Positions 52,599-63,616 of a stretch of DNA of 64,000 nt are shown here, in pieces. Under the pieces are notes generated by a model that worked only from the letters and a program-made list of their open reading frames with translations, made no database searches and had not been told where the DNA came from. The position numbers were made by a program, and so were the translations under genes. Numbering within the stretch: the first letter of the stretch is position 1; every line of letters starts with the position of its first letter. The DNA comes from Obrimoposthia wandeli (Eukaryota): contig CDROCS010003914.1 of assembly GCA_977020255.1 (NCBI GenBank), forward strand, positions 248,001 to 312,000, given 5' to 3'.

Positions 52599-53048
52599 GT
52601 GAGAAAAGTGTTCATGTTTAACGCCAAAAATATACAAAAAGGGCTTGTAGTTACCATTATCGTATCGTTGATCGTTTTTTTTAGTGTTATTAGTTGGGAA
52701 TATAAGGTCGATGTGGACCCCAAACCTTTAGCAAGTATAGAGCAACCGGCAAATTTAAGGAATATGACTATCTATTACTACCCATCTCGATTGCAGGCTG
52801 CAAAGGCATTAACTTTCTATTTCACAGAGCAAGGACATGTTGTGAAAATGCTACCGGCAGAATCCTCACCAGAAGTATCTAACTCTAATTATATAGAAAG
52901 CTATATCTTTTTTAATCAAGAGCAGTTTGGAGCGGCAATGGATATAAAAGCTTCTGTTGAAAAAGTACTGAAATCGCCAGTTAATGCTTACCGCTTTCAA
53001 AATTATCAAGTTAAACCTGCTATTAAGCTAGTGTTTACCGATGCGTAG
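52599..53048 (+). CDS. Hypothetical membrane-anchored protein
   Basis: Single N-terminal TM segment, 149-aa ORF; weak LytR_C-like appearance only. Confidence 0.55.
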   Translation: MRKVFMFNAKNIQKGLVVTIIVSLIVFFSVISWEYKVDVDPKPLASIEQPANLRNMTIYYYPSRLQAAKALTFYFTEQGHVVKMLPAESSPEVSNSNYIESYIFFNQEQFGAAMDIKASVEKVLKSPVNAYRFQNYQVKPAIKLVFTDA

Positions 53049-53216
53049 TTAAGAAACTTATTAGCATTCACTCTACATAATATGCAAATAGATTTCTCGT
53101 GTTGAGATCTAAATAGCGGGTTGCTGTGGTGTTCAGCGGAGAGCAACTGAGGTTAACGAGAAAAGTAGATATTTACGTTTCTCGTTAATTTATGCTGAAA
53201 TTGCTTTAAGACATGT

Positions 53217-54149
53217 TTAGAAACCGACTTTATCTGCTCCTTTTAAGGCTAAAATATTTCTCGCATCTTTAGGGGTTGCCACGTTTAGGCTAAGTCCTTC
53301 AATAATTTTTTTGACTTTTTCTACTTGCTGAGCATTGGTTTTGGCAAGCTCGCCAGGTGCAATCCATAGTGAATCTTCTAAACCGACGCGTACATTGCCT
53401 CCCATAGATGCGCCCATCGCTGCGATCGACATTTGCTTGCTACCGGCACCTAAAACAGACCAGCGGTATTGATCGCCAAACAAGCGATCTGCAGTGCGCT
53501 TCATATGTAAAACATCATCGGGGTGAGTGCTAATACCGCCTAGTAATCCAAAGACTGTTTGAATGAAAAAGGGTGGTTTTAGCAAACCTCTTTCTGCAAA
53601 GTGCGCCAATGTATATAAATGGGAGGTGTCATAGCATTCTATTTCAAAGCGGGTGTCATTTTCAGCGCAGGTTCTTAGAATATACTCAATGTCGGCAAAA
53701 GTGTTGCGAAACAAACTTGAGCGCGATCCTTCTAAATACTCTTCTTCCCATGCGAACTTAAATTCTTTTTGGCGCTTAAGCATGGGAAATAAACCAAAAT
53801 TCATGGTGCCCATATTAAGTGACGCTATTTCAGGTTTATGTTGCTGTGCTGGGCGAACACGCTCATCAACTAGCATACGAGGTGATCCACCGGTAGTGAT
53901 GTTAATAATTACATCACTGCGCTGCTTTATGCTCTCAAGGATAGGCTCAAATGCTTCGGCTGTTTGTACCGGCCTTCCATCGATAGGGTCACGAGCGTGT
54001 AAATGAACTATTGCTGCACCGGCATCAGCTGCTTCAACTGCTGCATCAGCAATTTCTTGTGCAGTAATAGGTAAGTAAGGGGACATTGAAGGAGTGTGAA
54101 TAGCACCTGTAACAGCACATGTGATGATGACTTTGTTGCTTTTTGACAT
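53217..54149 (-). CDS. Beta-keto acid cleavage enzyme (BKACE/DUF849, 3-keto-5-aminohexanoate cleavage family)
   Basis: IITCAVTGAIHTPSMSP; AGAAIVHLHARDP; FEIECYD; GGNVRVGLED. Confidence 0.92.
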   Translation of the reverse strand: MSKSNKVIITCAVTGAIHTPSMSPYLPITAQEIADAAVEAADAGAAIVHLHARDPIDGRPVQTAEAFEPILESIKQRSDVIINITTGGSPRMLVDERVRPAQQHKPEIASLNMGTMNFGLFPMLKRQKEFKFAWEEEYLEGSRSSLFRNTFADIEYILRTCAENDTRFEIECYDTSHLYTLAHFAERGLLKPPFFIQTVFGLLGGISTHPDDVLHMKRTADRLFGDQYRWSVLGAGSKQMSIAAMGASMGGNVRVGLEDSLWIAPGELAKTNAQQVEKVKKIIEGLSLNVATPKDARNILALKGADKVGF

Positions 54150-54395
54150 TGCTTGGCCTCTAATTATTATTGTGATATGGGATATAGCTTATAAGTAACT
54201 GTTTATAGTTAACTAATTTAGCACATGAAAATGTACTTACCTTGAATATTTAAGCCTTAGCTCAGAATAAATGTAGAGTGAGTTTTTGTTTACTGGCAGT
54301 AGTACTAAAATAGCCGTTGCTGGTGGGAAAAGAAGTGGGTTTTGTGTTATTTACTTAGTGCGTTGTTATTCGAAAAAGCAGGTCTAAATAATATT

Positions 54396-54427
54396 AAAAA
54401 AAGTGCCTGTTAATTAGGCACTCTTTT
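54396..54427 (-). terminator. Terminator after hutU
   Basis: aaaaaaagtgcct-gttaatt-aggcactctttt. Confidence 0.7.
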
Positions 54428-54445
54428 AAGGTGAAAAGCTACAAG

Positions 54446-56455
54446 CTAGTTAACTATTTTATCGATAAGTGAATCATCCGCAACATTTGGAATGGTTACT
54501 TTCAATCTAGGTTCAGCGGCCATCGCGCGTTTAATCGCAAAGATAGCGCCGTCATTTCTCGCCCAGTTTCTTCTTGAGATACCGTTGTTTACATCCCAAT
54601 GCAGCATAGATTTTAAACGTCTATCGCAATCATCAGAGCCATCAAGCATCATACCAAAGCCGCCGTTGATAACTTCGCCCCAACCAACACCACCACCGTT
54701 GTGAATACTGACCCAAGTGGCGCCTCTAAATGAATCGCCAATCACGTTTTGAATCGCCATGTCAGCGGTGTATCTAGAGCCATCATAAATGTTTGATGTT
54801 TCTCTGTAAGGAGAATCGGTGCCAGATACATCGTGGTGATCTCGGCCCAATATGATAGGCGCAGAAATCTTGCCATCTCTAATCGCATTATTGAACGCTT
54901 CAGCTATTTTCATACGTCCTTCAGCATCTGCGTATAAGATTCGCGCTTGTGATCCAACCACCATTTTATTGGCTTTTGCTTCTTTAATCCAAAGTAGGTT
55001 GTCGGCAATTTGCTCTTTAATTTCATCAGGTGCATCTTTAAGCATCGCTTCTAATACATCTGCTGCAATTTTGTCAGTTGCATCTAAATCTGCTGGATCT
55101 GATGAAGAACAGACCCATCTGAAAGGTCCAAAACCATAGTCAAAGCACATAGGGCCCATAATATCTTGCACATAAGATGGATACTTAAAGTCTTCCTCAT
55201 CTTTCATGATATCAGCGCCAGCACGGCTTGCTTCTAGTAAGAATGCATTGCCATAATCAAAGAAATACATGCCTTTTGCAGTTAGCTTATTAATTGCATT
55301 TACATGCCTGATTAAAGTTGTTTGCACTGCTTCTTTAAAGCCAGTAGGGTCGTTAACCATCATCTCATTAGCTTCTTCAAAGCTATGGCCAACTGGATAG
55401 TAACCGCCTGCCCAAGGGTTGTGCAAAGAGGTTTGATCAGAGCCTAAATCAATAGTGATATCTTCAAGGGTAAAGCGCTCCCAAAGATCAACAATGTTGC
55501 CGACATAAGCTAGCGATACAGGAACGTTTTCAACCAGCGCCAATTTAATTCTGGCGATGATTTCATCCATGTTTTCAAACACTTCATCAACCCAACCTTG
55601 CTGATGTCTCTTGTAAGCCGCTTTAGGGTTTATCTCTGCTATCACACCAATGGTTTTAGCAATAACCGCTGCTTTTGGCTGTGCGCCACTCATGCCGCCT
55701 AAACCTGATGTTACAAAAATAGGCAGTTTAGATTGATCGCGATTTTTTTGCATTCTAGCGGCGTTTAATACCGTAATAGTAGTGCCATGTACTATCCCTT
55801 GTGGACCAATGTACATGAAAGATCCAGCAGTCATTTGGCCGTATTGAGTAACACCTAAAGCACTGAATTTTTCTAAATCATCAGGCTTAGAATAGTTAGG
55901 AATCATCATGCCGTTAGTCACCACAACTCTAGGTGCATCTTTATGAGATGGATACAAACCCATCGGATGTCCTGAGTATAAAACTAACGTTTGCTCATCG
56001 GTCATTTGCGCTAAATATTGCATGGTTAAGCGATATTGAACCCAGTTAGAAAATACTCCGCCGTTGCCTCCGTAAGTGATTAACTCTTCAGGATGTTGCG
56101 CAATAGCATCATCTAAATTGTTATTCAGCATTAGCATGATTCCAGCCGCTTGCTTGCATTGATATGGGAAATCTTCGAGTGATTTAGCGGTGATTTTATA
56201 GCTAGGCATAAACCGATACATATAAATTCTGCCGTAAGCTTCTAGCTCTTCATAGAACTCTTGCGCTAACACTGCGTGGTGTTGGGGTTCAAAATAACGT
56301 AGCGCGTTTTTAACCGCCAATTTCTTCTCGTTCTTGTTGAGAATATCTTTACGATTAGGTGCATGACTTATGCTGTCACTTCTTTCTCTTTTTGGTGGTA
56401 AAACTTGCGGGATACCTTGTAAAACCAATTCTTTAAAACTCATATCGCTCATCAC
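54446..56455 (-). CDS. hutU: Urocanate hydratase, long (669 aa) form
   Basis: LITYGGNG; GSFMYIGPQGIVHG; GRDHHDVSGTDSPYRET; IHNGGGVGWG. Confidence 0.95.
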   Translation of the reverse strand: MMSDMSFKELVLQGIPQVLPPKRERSDSISHAPNRKDILNKNEKKLAVKNALRYFEPQHHAVLAQEFYEELEAYGRIYMYRFMPSYKITAKSLEDFPYQCKQAAGIMLMLNNNLDDAIAQHPEELITYGGNGGVFSNWVQYRLTMQYLAQMTDEQTLVLYSGHPMGLYPSHKDAPRVVVTNGMMIPNYSKPDDLEKFSALGVTQYGQMTAGSFMYIGPQGIVHGTTITVLNAARMQKNRDQSKLPIFVTSGLGGMSGAQPKAAVIAKTIGVIAEINPKAAYKRHQQGWVDEVFENMDEIIARIKLALVENVPVSLAYVGNIVDLWERFTLEDITIDLGSDQTSLHNPWAGGYYPVGHSFEEANEMMVNDPTGFKEAVQTTLIRHVNAINKLTAKGMYFFDYGNAFLLEASRAGADIMKDEEDFKYPSYVQDIMGPMCFDYGFGPFRWVCSSSDPADLDATDKIAADVLEAMLKDAPDEIKEQIADNLLWIKEAKANKMVVGSQARILYADAEGRMKIAEAFNNAIRDGKISAPIILGRDHHDVSGTDSPYRETSNIYDGSRYTADMAIQNVIGDSFRGATWVSIHNGGGVGWGEVINGGFGMMLDGSDDCDRRLKSMLHWDVNNGISRRNWARNDGAIFAIKRAMAAEPRLKVTIPNVADDSLIDKIVN

Positions 56456-56473
56456 AAATCTCTCATGTTCTTA

Positions 56474-57286
56474 TTAAATACAAAATTCTTTAGTATCAAC
56501 CGCTAATAATCTTTCTATCAACTGTTGCAGAAGGGGGCTAATTAGGCTCTTTTTATCACTATCTAATTGATAGTCTTTGATATTGTCTGTTAAGTAAGTT
56601 GCCTGAGACAATTCAAGTTGTATCGCGTGGATATTGTTTGCAGGCTGGCCAAAGCAGCGGGTAATAAAACCGCCTTTAAAGCGACCGTTACTGACATGGC
56701 TATATTCAGAGCTTTCAATAATGTCAGCGAGCAAAGAAAGTAGCTTAGGTGCACAAGCGGCACCGTCATTATTGCCAAAATTGAAATCTAATAGCTTTCC
56801 TTCAAATAGCATTGGCACTTGTGCAGCGATGCTGTGCGCATCAAACAAAATGGCAAAGCCAAACTGCGCTTTAATGCGGGCTAATTCACTGGCTATTTTT
56901 TGGTGATAAGCTTGCCATATATCAAGTTTGATTTGCTCTTTAAGCGCTTGAGTATGTTGCTGACCTGCTAAAAACACCGGCTTATCAGTGAATAAAATAT
57001 CGGGAAAAAGCCCGGTTGTTTTAGTGGCATAGAGGGGCTTATCATCAACAGGGCGATTCAAATCAACTACATAGCGTGAATAGTTGGCACTGATCACGCT
57101 AACACCTAAATCGGGTAAAAAATCATATAGCTGTGGGATATACCAATCAGTATCGGGTAACGGCTTAGCGTCATCCGTTAATGTTTCATCCATACCGGCT
57201 AAAAGAGAGAGGCCAGAGTGTGGCATGCTCACTAAAATAGGGCTGTTTCCCTGATGAAACTCAAAAGGATTTTCTATATTAGACAT
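56474..57286 (-). CDS. hutG: N-formylglutamate deformylase
   Basis: ILVSMPHSG; PDTDWYI; [10 protein letters not shown]; DAHSI; NGRFKGG.IT; AIQLELSQ. Confidence 0.93.
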   Translation of the reverse strand: MSNIENPFEFHQGNSPILVSMPHSGLSLLAGMDETLTDDAKPLPDTDWYIPQLYDFLPDLGVSVISANYSRYVVDLNRPVDDKPLYATKTTGLFPDILFTDKPVFLAGQQHTQALKEQIKLDIWQAYHQKIASELARIKAQFGFAILFDAHSIAAQVPMLFEGKLLDFNFGNNDGAACAPKLLSLLADIIESSEYSHVSNGRFKGGFITRCFGQPANNIHAIQLELSQATYLTDNIKDYQLDSDKKSLISPLLQQLIERLLAVDTKEFCI

Positions 57287-58508
57287 TACTTTCTTTACCT
57301 GCTTTAACGCGCGTTTTAACAAGATCACCGCCAAGCCAATAACTTAGCTCGCCTGGGCTATCGACATCCCAGCACACAAAATCAGCCATTTTACCTAAGC
57401 TTAAATCACCGTGGCTCTCTGCTAACCCTAATGCTTTCGCAGCGTGATAAGTACAACCCGCTAATGCTTCTTCAGGGGTTAAGCCAAACAGTGTGCAGGC
57501 CATGTTCATCATTAAACGCAATGAAAGTGCAGGAGAGGTGCCAGGGTTTGCATCTGTGGCAATGGCCATAGGTACGTTATAGCGGCGCAGTAATTCAACC
57601 GGCGGCTTTTGCGTTTCTTTTAACACATAAAAAGCACCGGGTAATAGCACCGCAACTGTCCCTGATTTTGCAATAGCAGCAACATCTTGTTCGGTAACAA
57701 ACTCTATATGATCAACCGACAACGCGTTAAAACGTGCCGCAAGTGAAGTACCACCCAAAGATGAGAGCTGTTCAGCATGTAGCTTTACAGGTAGGCCAAG
57801 TGATTGAGCCGTTTTAAAATAGCGCTCAACCTGCGCGGTGCTAAAACCGATACCCTCACAAAAAGCATCGACAGCATCGGCTAAGCCAGATTTGGCAATT
57901 TCGGGCAGTACTTGCTCGCAAAGATAGTCGATATATTCATCGGGCTGTGCGGCAAACTCAGGGGGTAAAGCATGGGCGGCTAAACAAGTTGTTTTGATTT
58001 CAACAACGCTGCTATCAGCGAGTGAACGTGCAACTTGTAGCATTTTGCTTTCATGCTCAAGTGATAAACCATAGCCAGATTTAATCTCTAAGGTGGTGAC
58101 GCCATCTTTCATTAAAGAGCGTAACCTGCGTTTAGCAGAAACGGTTAACTGCTCAACGCTCTCTTGGCGAGTCGATTTAACTGAAGAGGCAATACCGCCG
58201 CCATTTGCAGATATTTGCTGATAACTAACGCCATTTAAGCGCTGTTCAAACTCATTGGCACGATTGCCCCCAAACACGATATGGGTATGACAATCGATTA
58301 GGCCAGGTGTAACCCAACCTCCTTTTAGGTCGAACTCAGCTTGCGCGTTATATACCGGTATTTCTGCGTGCTTGCCAATCCAGCATATACGTTGATCTTT
58401 AACACCAATAGCAGCATCGTAAATGCAGCTATAAGTACCATCAACCATAGTGGCGCTATGAAAACCGAACCAAAGAGAATCTAAATTTAGGCTATCGTTC
58501 ATACTCAT
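57279..58508 (-). CDS. hutI: Imidazolonepropionase
   Basis: PGLIDCHTH; [11 protein letters not shown]; KLHAEQLS; ATDANPG. Confidence 0.96.
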   Translation of the reverse strand: MSMNDSLNLDSLWFGFHSATMVDGTYSCIYDAAIGVKDQRICWIGKHAEIPVYNAQAEFDLKGGWVTPGLIDCHTHIVFGGNRANEFEQRLNGVSYQQISANGGGIASSVKSTRQESVEQLTVSAKRRLRSLMKDGVTTLEIKSGYGLSLEHESKMLQVARSLADSSVVEIKTTCLAAHALPPEFAAQPDEYIDYLCEQVLPEIAKSGLADAVDAFCEGIGFSTAQVERYFKTAQSLGLPVKLHAEQLSSLGGTSLAARFNALSVDHIEFVTEQDVAAIAKSGTVAVLLPGAFYVLKETQKPPVELLRRYNVPMAIATDANPGTSPALSLRLMMNMACTLFGLTPEEALAGCTYHAAKALGLAESHGDLSLGKMADFVCWDVDSPGELSYWLGGDLVKTRVKAGKESNV

Positions 58509-58523
58509 CTCGTGTCTTGTTAA

Positions 58524-58664
58524 AGAGGGTGTCGTAAAACTACTGCGCTCAATAATCCGGCGTTAAAAACCGGCTCAACATGCTCATTTATAATTATAAA
58601 CTCTGCTATTTCGCCGATTTTTGCCTTGTCTTATTATCGCTCGCTACCTTTTACGGCATCCTCT
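58524..58664. mobile_element. 141-bp MITE-like palindromic element between hutH and hutI
   Basis: TIRs agagggtgtcgtaaaa / ttttacggcatcctct (14/16); partly self-complementary interior. Confidence 0.65.
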
Positions 58665-58700
58665 AAGGGGCTATTATAGGGCTTAGTTAAACGCGGATAA

Positions 58701-60233
58701 TTACCAACTAGGCAGTAAACCAACAGGCATTAGATCGTTGTGTACTGCAAGTGCTAGTAAGTCGTTTGCACTTTCAATATCCGTTGCGAAATAGCGATCC
58801 TTATCGTAAAAAGGCACACAAGCACGCAGCTCTGCTTTAACTTGTTCAAGCTTATCTGTGGTTTTAAGCGGTGCACGAAAGTCTAAACCTTGTACTGCAG
58901 ATAGAATTTCAACCGCTAAAATGCCACGAGTGTTTTCAGACATATCTCTTAAACGACGCGCTGCAAAAGTCGCCATTGATACATGATCTTCTTGGTTAGC
59001 AGAAGTTGGCAAACTATCAACAGAGGCAGGATGTGCAAAGGTTTTGTTTTCGCTGGCTAAAGCTGCAGCAGTCACTTGGGCAATCATGAAACCAGAGTTA
59101 ACGCCGCCATTGTCGACCAAGAACGGTGGTAATTTACTTAGGTTGCTATCAATCAGCAATGCCATGCGACGCTCAGATAAACTGCCGATTTCAGCAATGG
59201 CTAAAGCTAAATTATCAGCGGCAAAAGCCACAGGCTCTGCGTGGAAGTTACCACCTGAAATGATATCTCCATCTTCTGCAAACACTAATGGGTTGTCAGA
59301 AACAGAGTTAGCTTCAACCAGTAATGTTTTAGCAGAGTTGCGTATTTGATCTAAACAAGCGCCCATTACCTGTGGCTGGCAACGTAAAGAATAAGGGTCT
59401 TGAACTTTTTCACAATCAGTATGAGACAAGCTGATATCGCTTTGCTCAGTAAGCAAATGGCGATAAGCGGCAGCGGCATCAATTTGTGTTTGGTGACCAC
59501 GTACTTGATGAACACGATCATCAAAAGGACGACGGCTACCTAATGCAGCTTCAACCGATAATGCACCGCAAACCGTTGCTGATGCATACAGATCTTCGGC
59601 ATGAAAAAGGCCTTCTAATGCTAAAGCAGTTGAAGCTTGAGTACCATTAAGTAAAGCTAAGCCTTCTTTTGGTGCTAATGTGATTGGCTCTAATCCGGCA
59701 ATCGCTAATGCTGCTTTTCCTGAAATTACTTCACCTTTATAACGTGCTTTACCTTCACCTAACAGTATCGCGCTCATATGCGCTAAGGGTGCTAAATCAC
59801 CAGAAGCGCCGACTGAGCCTTTTTCAGGAATAGTAGGATAAACTTCTTTGTTGATTAAAGTAATTAACGCTTCAATCACCAGTAATCTAAGGCCTGAAAA
59901 GCCGCGTGCTAAGCTGTTTACTTTTAGTGTCATCATCAGCTTAACGGTGTCATCGCTCATTAATTTACCAATGCCCGCTGCATGAGATAAAACAATACTG
60001 CGTTGTAAAGTATCCAGGTCTTCTGCTGCAATACGCGTGTTTGCCAATAAGCCAAAGCCGGTATTAATGCCATAAACGGTGCGATCTTGGGCAATAACAT
60101 CATTCACAACTTGTGTACTTGCGTGAATGCCAGCAACTGCACTGGTGGCTAATGATAGTTTAACTTTACTACGGCTGATCTTGCGCAGTTCTGGCAAAGT
60201 GATTTCACCAGGGGATATTGTTAGTTCGAACAT
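58701..60233 (-). CDS. hutH: Histidine ammonia-lyase
   Basis: VYGINTGFG; [12 protein letters not shown] (MIO); [12 protein letters not shown]; NQEDHVSM. Confidence 0.98.
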   Translation of the reverse strand: MFELTISPGEITLPELRKISRSKVKLSLATSAVAGIHASTQVVNDVIAQDRTVYGINTGFGLLANTRIAAEDLDTLQRSIVLSHAAGIGKLMSDDTVKLMMTLKVNSLARGFSGLRLLVIEALITLINKEVYPTIPEKGSVGASGDLAPLAHMSAILLGEGKARYKGEVISGKAALAIAGLEPITLAPKEGLALLNGTQASTALALEGLFHAEDLYASATVCGALSVEAALGSRRPFDDRVHQVRGHQTQIDAAAAYRHLLTEQSDISLSHTDCEKVQDPYSLRCQPQVMGACLDQIRNSAKTLLVEANSVSDNPLVFAEDGDIISGGNFHAEPVAFAADNLALAIAEIGSLSERRMALLIDSNLSKLPPFLVDNGGVNSGFMIAQVTAAALASENKTFAHPASVDSLPTSANQEDHVSMATFAARRLRDMSENTRGILAVEILSAVQGLDFRAPLKTTDKLEQVKAELRACVPFYDKDRYFATDIESANDLLALAVHNDLMPVGLLPSW

Positions 60234-60432
60234 AGGTAGTGTGCTCCGTAGCGCTTATTACTTTTTACTGTTGATTTGTTTAAATCCAACGATTGATAGT
60301 TAGGTATTCTAGGGCGGTCGTCGGTTGAATTGGGTGTCGCTATCAAGCCTTTAAAAAACTTTTTAATGGCTTAATCTAGTATGTTTAGAGAAGTAATTAA
60401 TATCAGTTCAGTCAGTTTCTACACAAGCTAAT

Positions 60433-60452
60433 ATATACATATCTATACAAGT
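60433..60452. promoter_or_regulatory. HutC operator upstream of hutH
   Basis: The reverse strand reads acttgtatagatatgtatat, similar to the known CTTGTATAGACAAG-type operator. Confidence 0.6.
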
Positions 60453-60610
60453 TGATTAACAATAGAAGTAAATTGAATTTAGCGCAAGTTTTTTCAAATA
60501 AAAAGGAAAATTTGCTTATAAATATAGCTAAAAAACAGTACTTGTTAAAAGTACTATTCGATTTATATAGCAGTTATAAGAAGCAAATCATAAAAACGGT
60601 TAAAAAACAG

Positions 60611-61366
60611 CTATCTACCAAAATGACCAAATAACTGAAATCTAGCCCCCGGAGATATTAGCCGAGCGATAGTAATAAGTTGGCCTTTAGACCAAGTACG
60701 GCGCTTGATTTGCAAGCAAGGTGCGTTTTTTTCGATTTGCAGTAATTCACATTCATTGGCGTCAGCAGTAACCGATTCAACGAGATGCTCGCCTTCTGTC
60801 AACGGCGCTACTTTCATTAAGTAGTCATAAGCGGTAGTGGATTGGAAATCTTGCTTGTCGTAATCAGGGACTAAACTGGCATTAACCACTCGGTATTCAA
60901 GTTGAATAGGTAGCTCGTTTTCAAAGTGCAATATGACTGAGCGATAAATACTGTGATTAGTGCGAACACCTAAATTCATCGCCTCTTCCATATTGGCTCT
61001 AGCTGTTGATAGATCTAGTAATTCAGCTCTGTGCTGGTGGCCGCGTGCTCTAATTTCATCTGCAATATTATGTACTTCAAAAAGTGCAGATTTAGATTTT
61101 TTTTGTGCCACAAAGGTACCAACACCTTGTTGGCGTATTAGTACGCCTTCAGAGGTAAGCTCTCGCAGAGCGCGGTTGACAGTCATCCTACTTATATTCA
61201 AAGCTTTAACAATTTCGGATTCAGAAGGTACTCTTTGATCGACCTCCCATTCGCCACTATTAATTTTTTGCGAAATAACCTTTTTTACTTTGGCATAAAT
61301 AGGTGCTGGCGAATCGTCAAATGACTGAGATAGGCTGTTGATCATACTCTCGGCTGTCTCTGTCAT
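60611..61366 (-). CDS. hutC: Histidine utilization repressor (GntR/UTRA)
   Basis: VPSESE..SRMTVNRALREL; GVGTFVA; HNIADEI..RGH; RRTWS. Confidence 0.96.
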   Translation of the reverse strand: MTETAESMINSLSQSFDDSPAPIYAKVKKVISQKINSGEWEVDQRVPSESEIVKALNISRMTVNRALRELTSEGVLIRQQGVGTFVAQKKSKSALFEVHNIADEIRARGHQHRAELLDLSTARANMEEAMNLGVRTNHSIYRSVILHFENELPIQLEYRVVNASLVPDYDKQDFQSTTAYDYLMKVAPLTEGEHLVESVTADANECELLQIEKNAPCLQIKRRTWSKGQLITIARLISPGARFQLFGHFGR

Positions 61367-61481
61367 GTTTTACCTTTAAGAAAGTGTGGTTAATAAAATT
61401 AAGCACAATTATACTCAGTAATGACAAAGTATCATAGTTTTTTGTAGTGGTAGTGCTGCTGCTTGTATAGTTAATAATCTT

Positions 61482-61494
61482 CTTGTATATACAA
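61482..61494. promoter_or_regulatory. HutC operator between hutC and hutF
   Basis: c-ttgtatatacaa, a perfect TGTA-N2-TACA palindrome; a second cttgtata half-site at 61462. Confidence 0.8.
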
Positions 61495-61544
61495 TATAAG
61501 ATCGGCTACACTCAAATTTATGATAACTCACTTTTAGGATTTTT

Positions 61545-62915
61545 ATGACCAAACAAATATATTTTGCAAAACAAGCTTATTTGATACAAGGTTGGTCAAA
61601 AAATGTGCGCATTGAAGTTGATAATGGGGTAATTACATCAATAACGGCTAATGCAGAAGGATCACAAGCAATTGAATTATCTGGACCCGTTGTACCGACT
61701 ATCGCCAATCTTCACTCCCATGCTTTTCAACGTGCGATGGCAGGCCTAGCAGAAGTAAGTTTAAATCCCAACGACAGCTTTTGGAGCTGGCGTGATCTGA
61801 TGTACAAAATGGTGCAAAAGTTAACCCCGCAAGACGTTTGCATCATTGCTAAACAGCTCTATATCGATATGCTCAAAGCGGGTTATTCGCAAGTAGCAGA
61901 ATTCCACTACCTTCATCATCAAGCAGATGGCAGCCAATATAGCCAGCTTAATGAAATGGCCATGCAAATAACACAAGCTGCCAACACCGCTGGCATTGGT
62001 TTAACCTTACTACCAGTGCTTTATAGTCACTCTGGTTTTGGCGGCCAAGCACCTGTGGCTGGGCAAGGCAGATTTGTGAATAGCACCGAGCAATATTTAA
62101 CGCTACATAAAAGCTGCGAAGCGATGTTGGCGGATAATCCATTGCATCAATTAGGGGTGTGCTTTCATTCATTAAGAGCCGTTACACAACAGCAAATAGA
62201 AGCAGTGTTAGCGCAAACAGCTAAAGACATTCCTATTCATATCCACATTTCAGAGCAGCAAAAAGAAGTAAAAGACTGCATAACCTGGAGCAAACAACGC
62301 CCCGTGCAGTGGCTAGCCAATGAAATAGGACTAAATGAGCGCTGGTGCTTAATTCACGCCACGCATCTTGATAATGAAGAATTGCAAGCGATAACAAATA
62401 ACCAAGTAGTCGCGGGATTATGCCCCACCACAGAAGCAAATTTAGGCGATGGTATCTTCCCCGCCACGGAGTTTATTCAAGCGCAAGGTCGCTGGGGGAT
62501 CGGCTCAGATAGTCATGTAAGCTTATCAATTGTTGAAGAGTTAAGAACATTAGAGTACGGGCAACGATTGAGAGACCAGCAACGTAATCGATTGTATAGC
62601 GAGCAACAAAATCATATTGGCGATTTCTTATTTGAACAAGCTCTGCAAGGTGGAAATCAAGCAACACAAGTTAAGCTTGGTTTAGCGGTGGGTAATCGAG
62701 CAGATTTCATGGTACTTGATCATTTAAATCCGTTTATTGGCTCTAGTAAGGATGAAGATATTTTAAATCGTTGGTTATTTGCTTGTAATGAAAACGTGAT
62801 ACGCCACGTTTATGTGGCAGGTAAACCTGTCGTTATTGATTTCAGACATAGCCAAGAAGAGCGGGCCAATGTTGAGTTTAGTGCACTGCTAAAACGTTTA
62901 TTTAATAATGTTTAG
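61545..62915 (+). CDS. hutF: Formimidoylglutamate deiminase
   Basis: NLHSHAFQRAMAGLAE; DSFWSWRDLMY; VAEFHYLHH; HIHISEQ; CPTTEANLGDG; GSDSH. Confidence 0.96.
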   Translation: MTKQIYFAKQAYLIQGWSKNVRIEVDNGVITSITANAEGSQAIELSGPVVPTIANLHSHAFQRAMAGLAEVSLNPNDSFWSWRDLMYKMVQKLTPQDVCIIAKQLYIDMLKAGYSQVAEFHYLHHQADGSQYSQLNEMAMQITQAANTAGIGLTLLPVLYSHSGFGGQAPVAGQGRFVNSTEQYLTLHKSCEAMLADNPLHQLGVCFHSLRAVTQQQIEAVLAQTAKDIPIHIHISEQQKEVKDCITWSKQRPVQWLANEIGLNERWCLIHATHLDNEELQAITNNQVVAGLCPTTEANLGDGIFPATEFIQAQGRWGIGSDSHVSLSIVEELRTLEYGQRLRDQQRNRLYSEQQNHIGDFLFEQALQGGNQATQVKLGLAVGNRADFMVLDHLNPFIGSSKDEDILNRWLFACNENVIRHVYVAGKPVVIDFRHSQEERANVEFSALLKRLFNNV

Positions 62916-63519
62916 AACACTAGAGAGCCAAATGACAAATCATAAAGTACTCACGCGCGAGCAGTTTGTTCGTATGCCTTGGAAAAACGGTAAAGGCGAA
63001 ACCTTAGAATTATTACATATACAAGATGAAGCAGGTACTATCTTGCGCATTAGCCAGGCTATGGTCGTTGAAGCCGGTGAGTTTTCAGATTTCAGCGCTT
63101 TAGAGCGCCATTTAGTATTGATTAAAGGCAATGGCATAGACCTCAAGCATACATCAGAAAATACAATTAAGCGGCATGAACTTAGGCATATACTCGATAT
63201 AGCGGTATTTGATGGAGGCGATATTACTTATGCAGAGCTCAAAGATGGTCCAATTACTGATTTAAATATCATGGTAAGGGCACAAGATCATAGAGTTCAG
63301 GTCTGTTCTGTCTACGCGAGTGAAAGGCCTTTAAATGCAAGTGCTTCCCAGCGCTATTTTTATGCTAATCAAGAATCTGTAATGTCGTGTAATACAACAG
63401 AGGCAGGCTTACGATTACCTAAAAATAGCTTGCTGACGATGGATGAAGTTTGTAACTATTCTCTTCGTTCAGGTAATGGAGTGTTAATTTCATTCGTTGC
63501 AAAAGAGCAGTTAGCTTAA
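62908..63519 (+). CDS. hutD: HutD-family protein
   Basis: MPWKNGKGET; RISQA.V...GEFSDF; DLNIM. Confidence 0.88.
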   Translation: MFRTLESQMTNHKVLTREQFVRMPWKNGKGETLELLHIQDEAGTILRISQAMVVEAGEFSDFSALERHLVLIKGNGIDLKHTSENTIKRHELRHILDIAVFDGGDITYAELKDGPITDLNIMVRAQDHRVQVCSVYASERPLNASASQRYFYANQESVMSCNTTEAGLRLPKNSLLTMDEVCNYSLRSGNGVLISFVAKEQLA

Positions 63520-63616
63520 ATGACAAGGTGCAAGCAGTACAATTGAGTAAATTGTTCTCTCGATTCTAGCTAAGTCATAACTAATTACACAGCGATGACA
63601 AGTTAGAACTGCAAAA

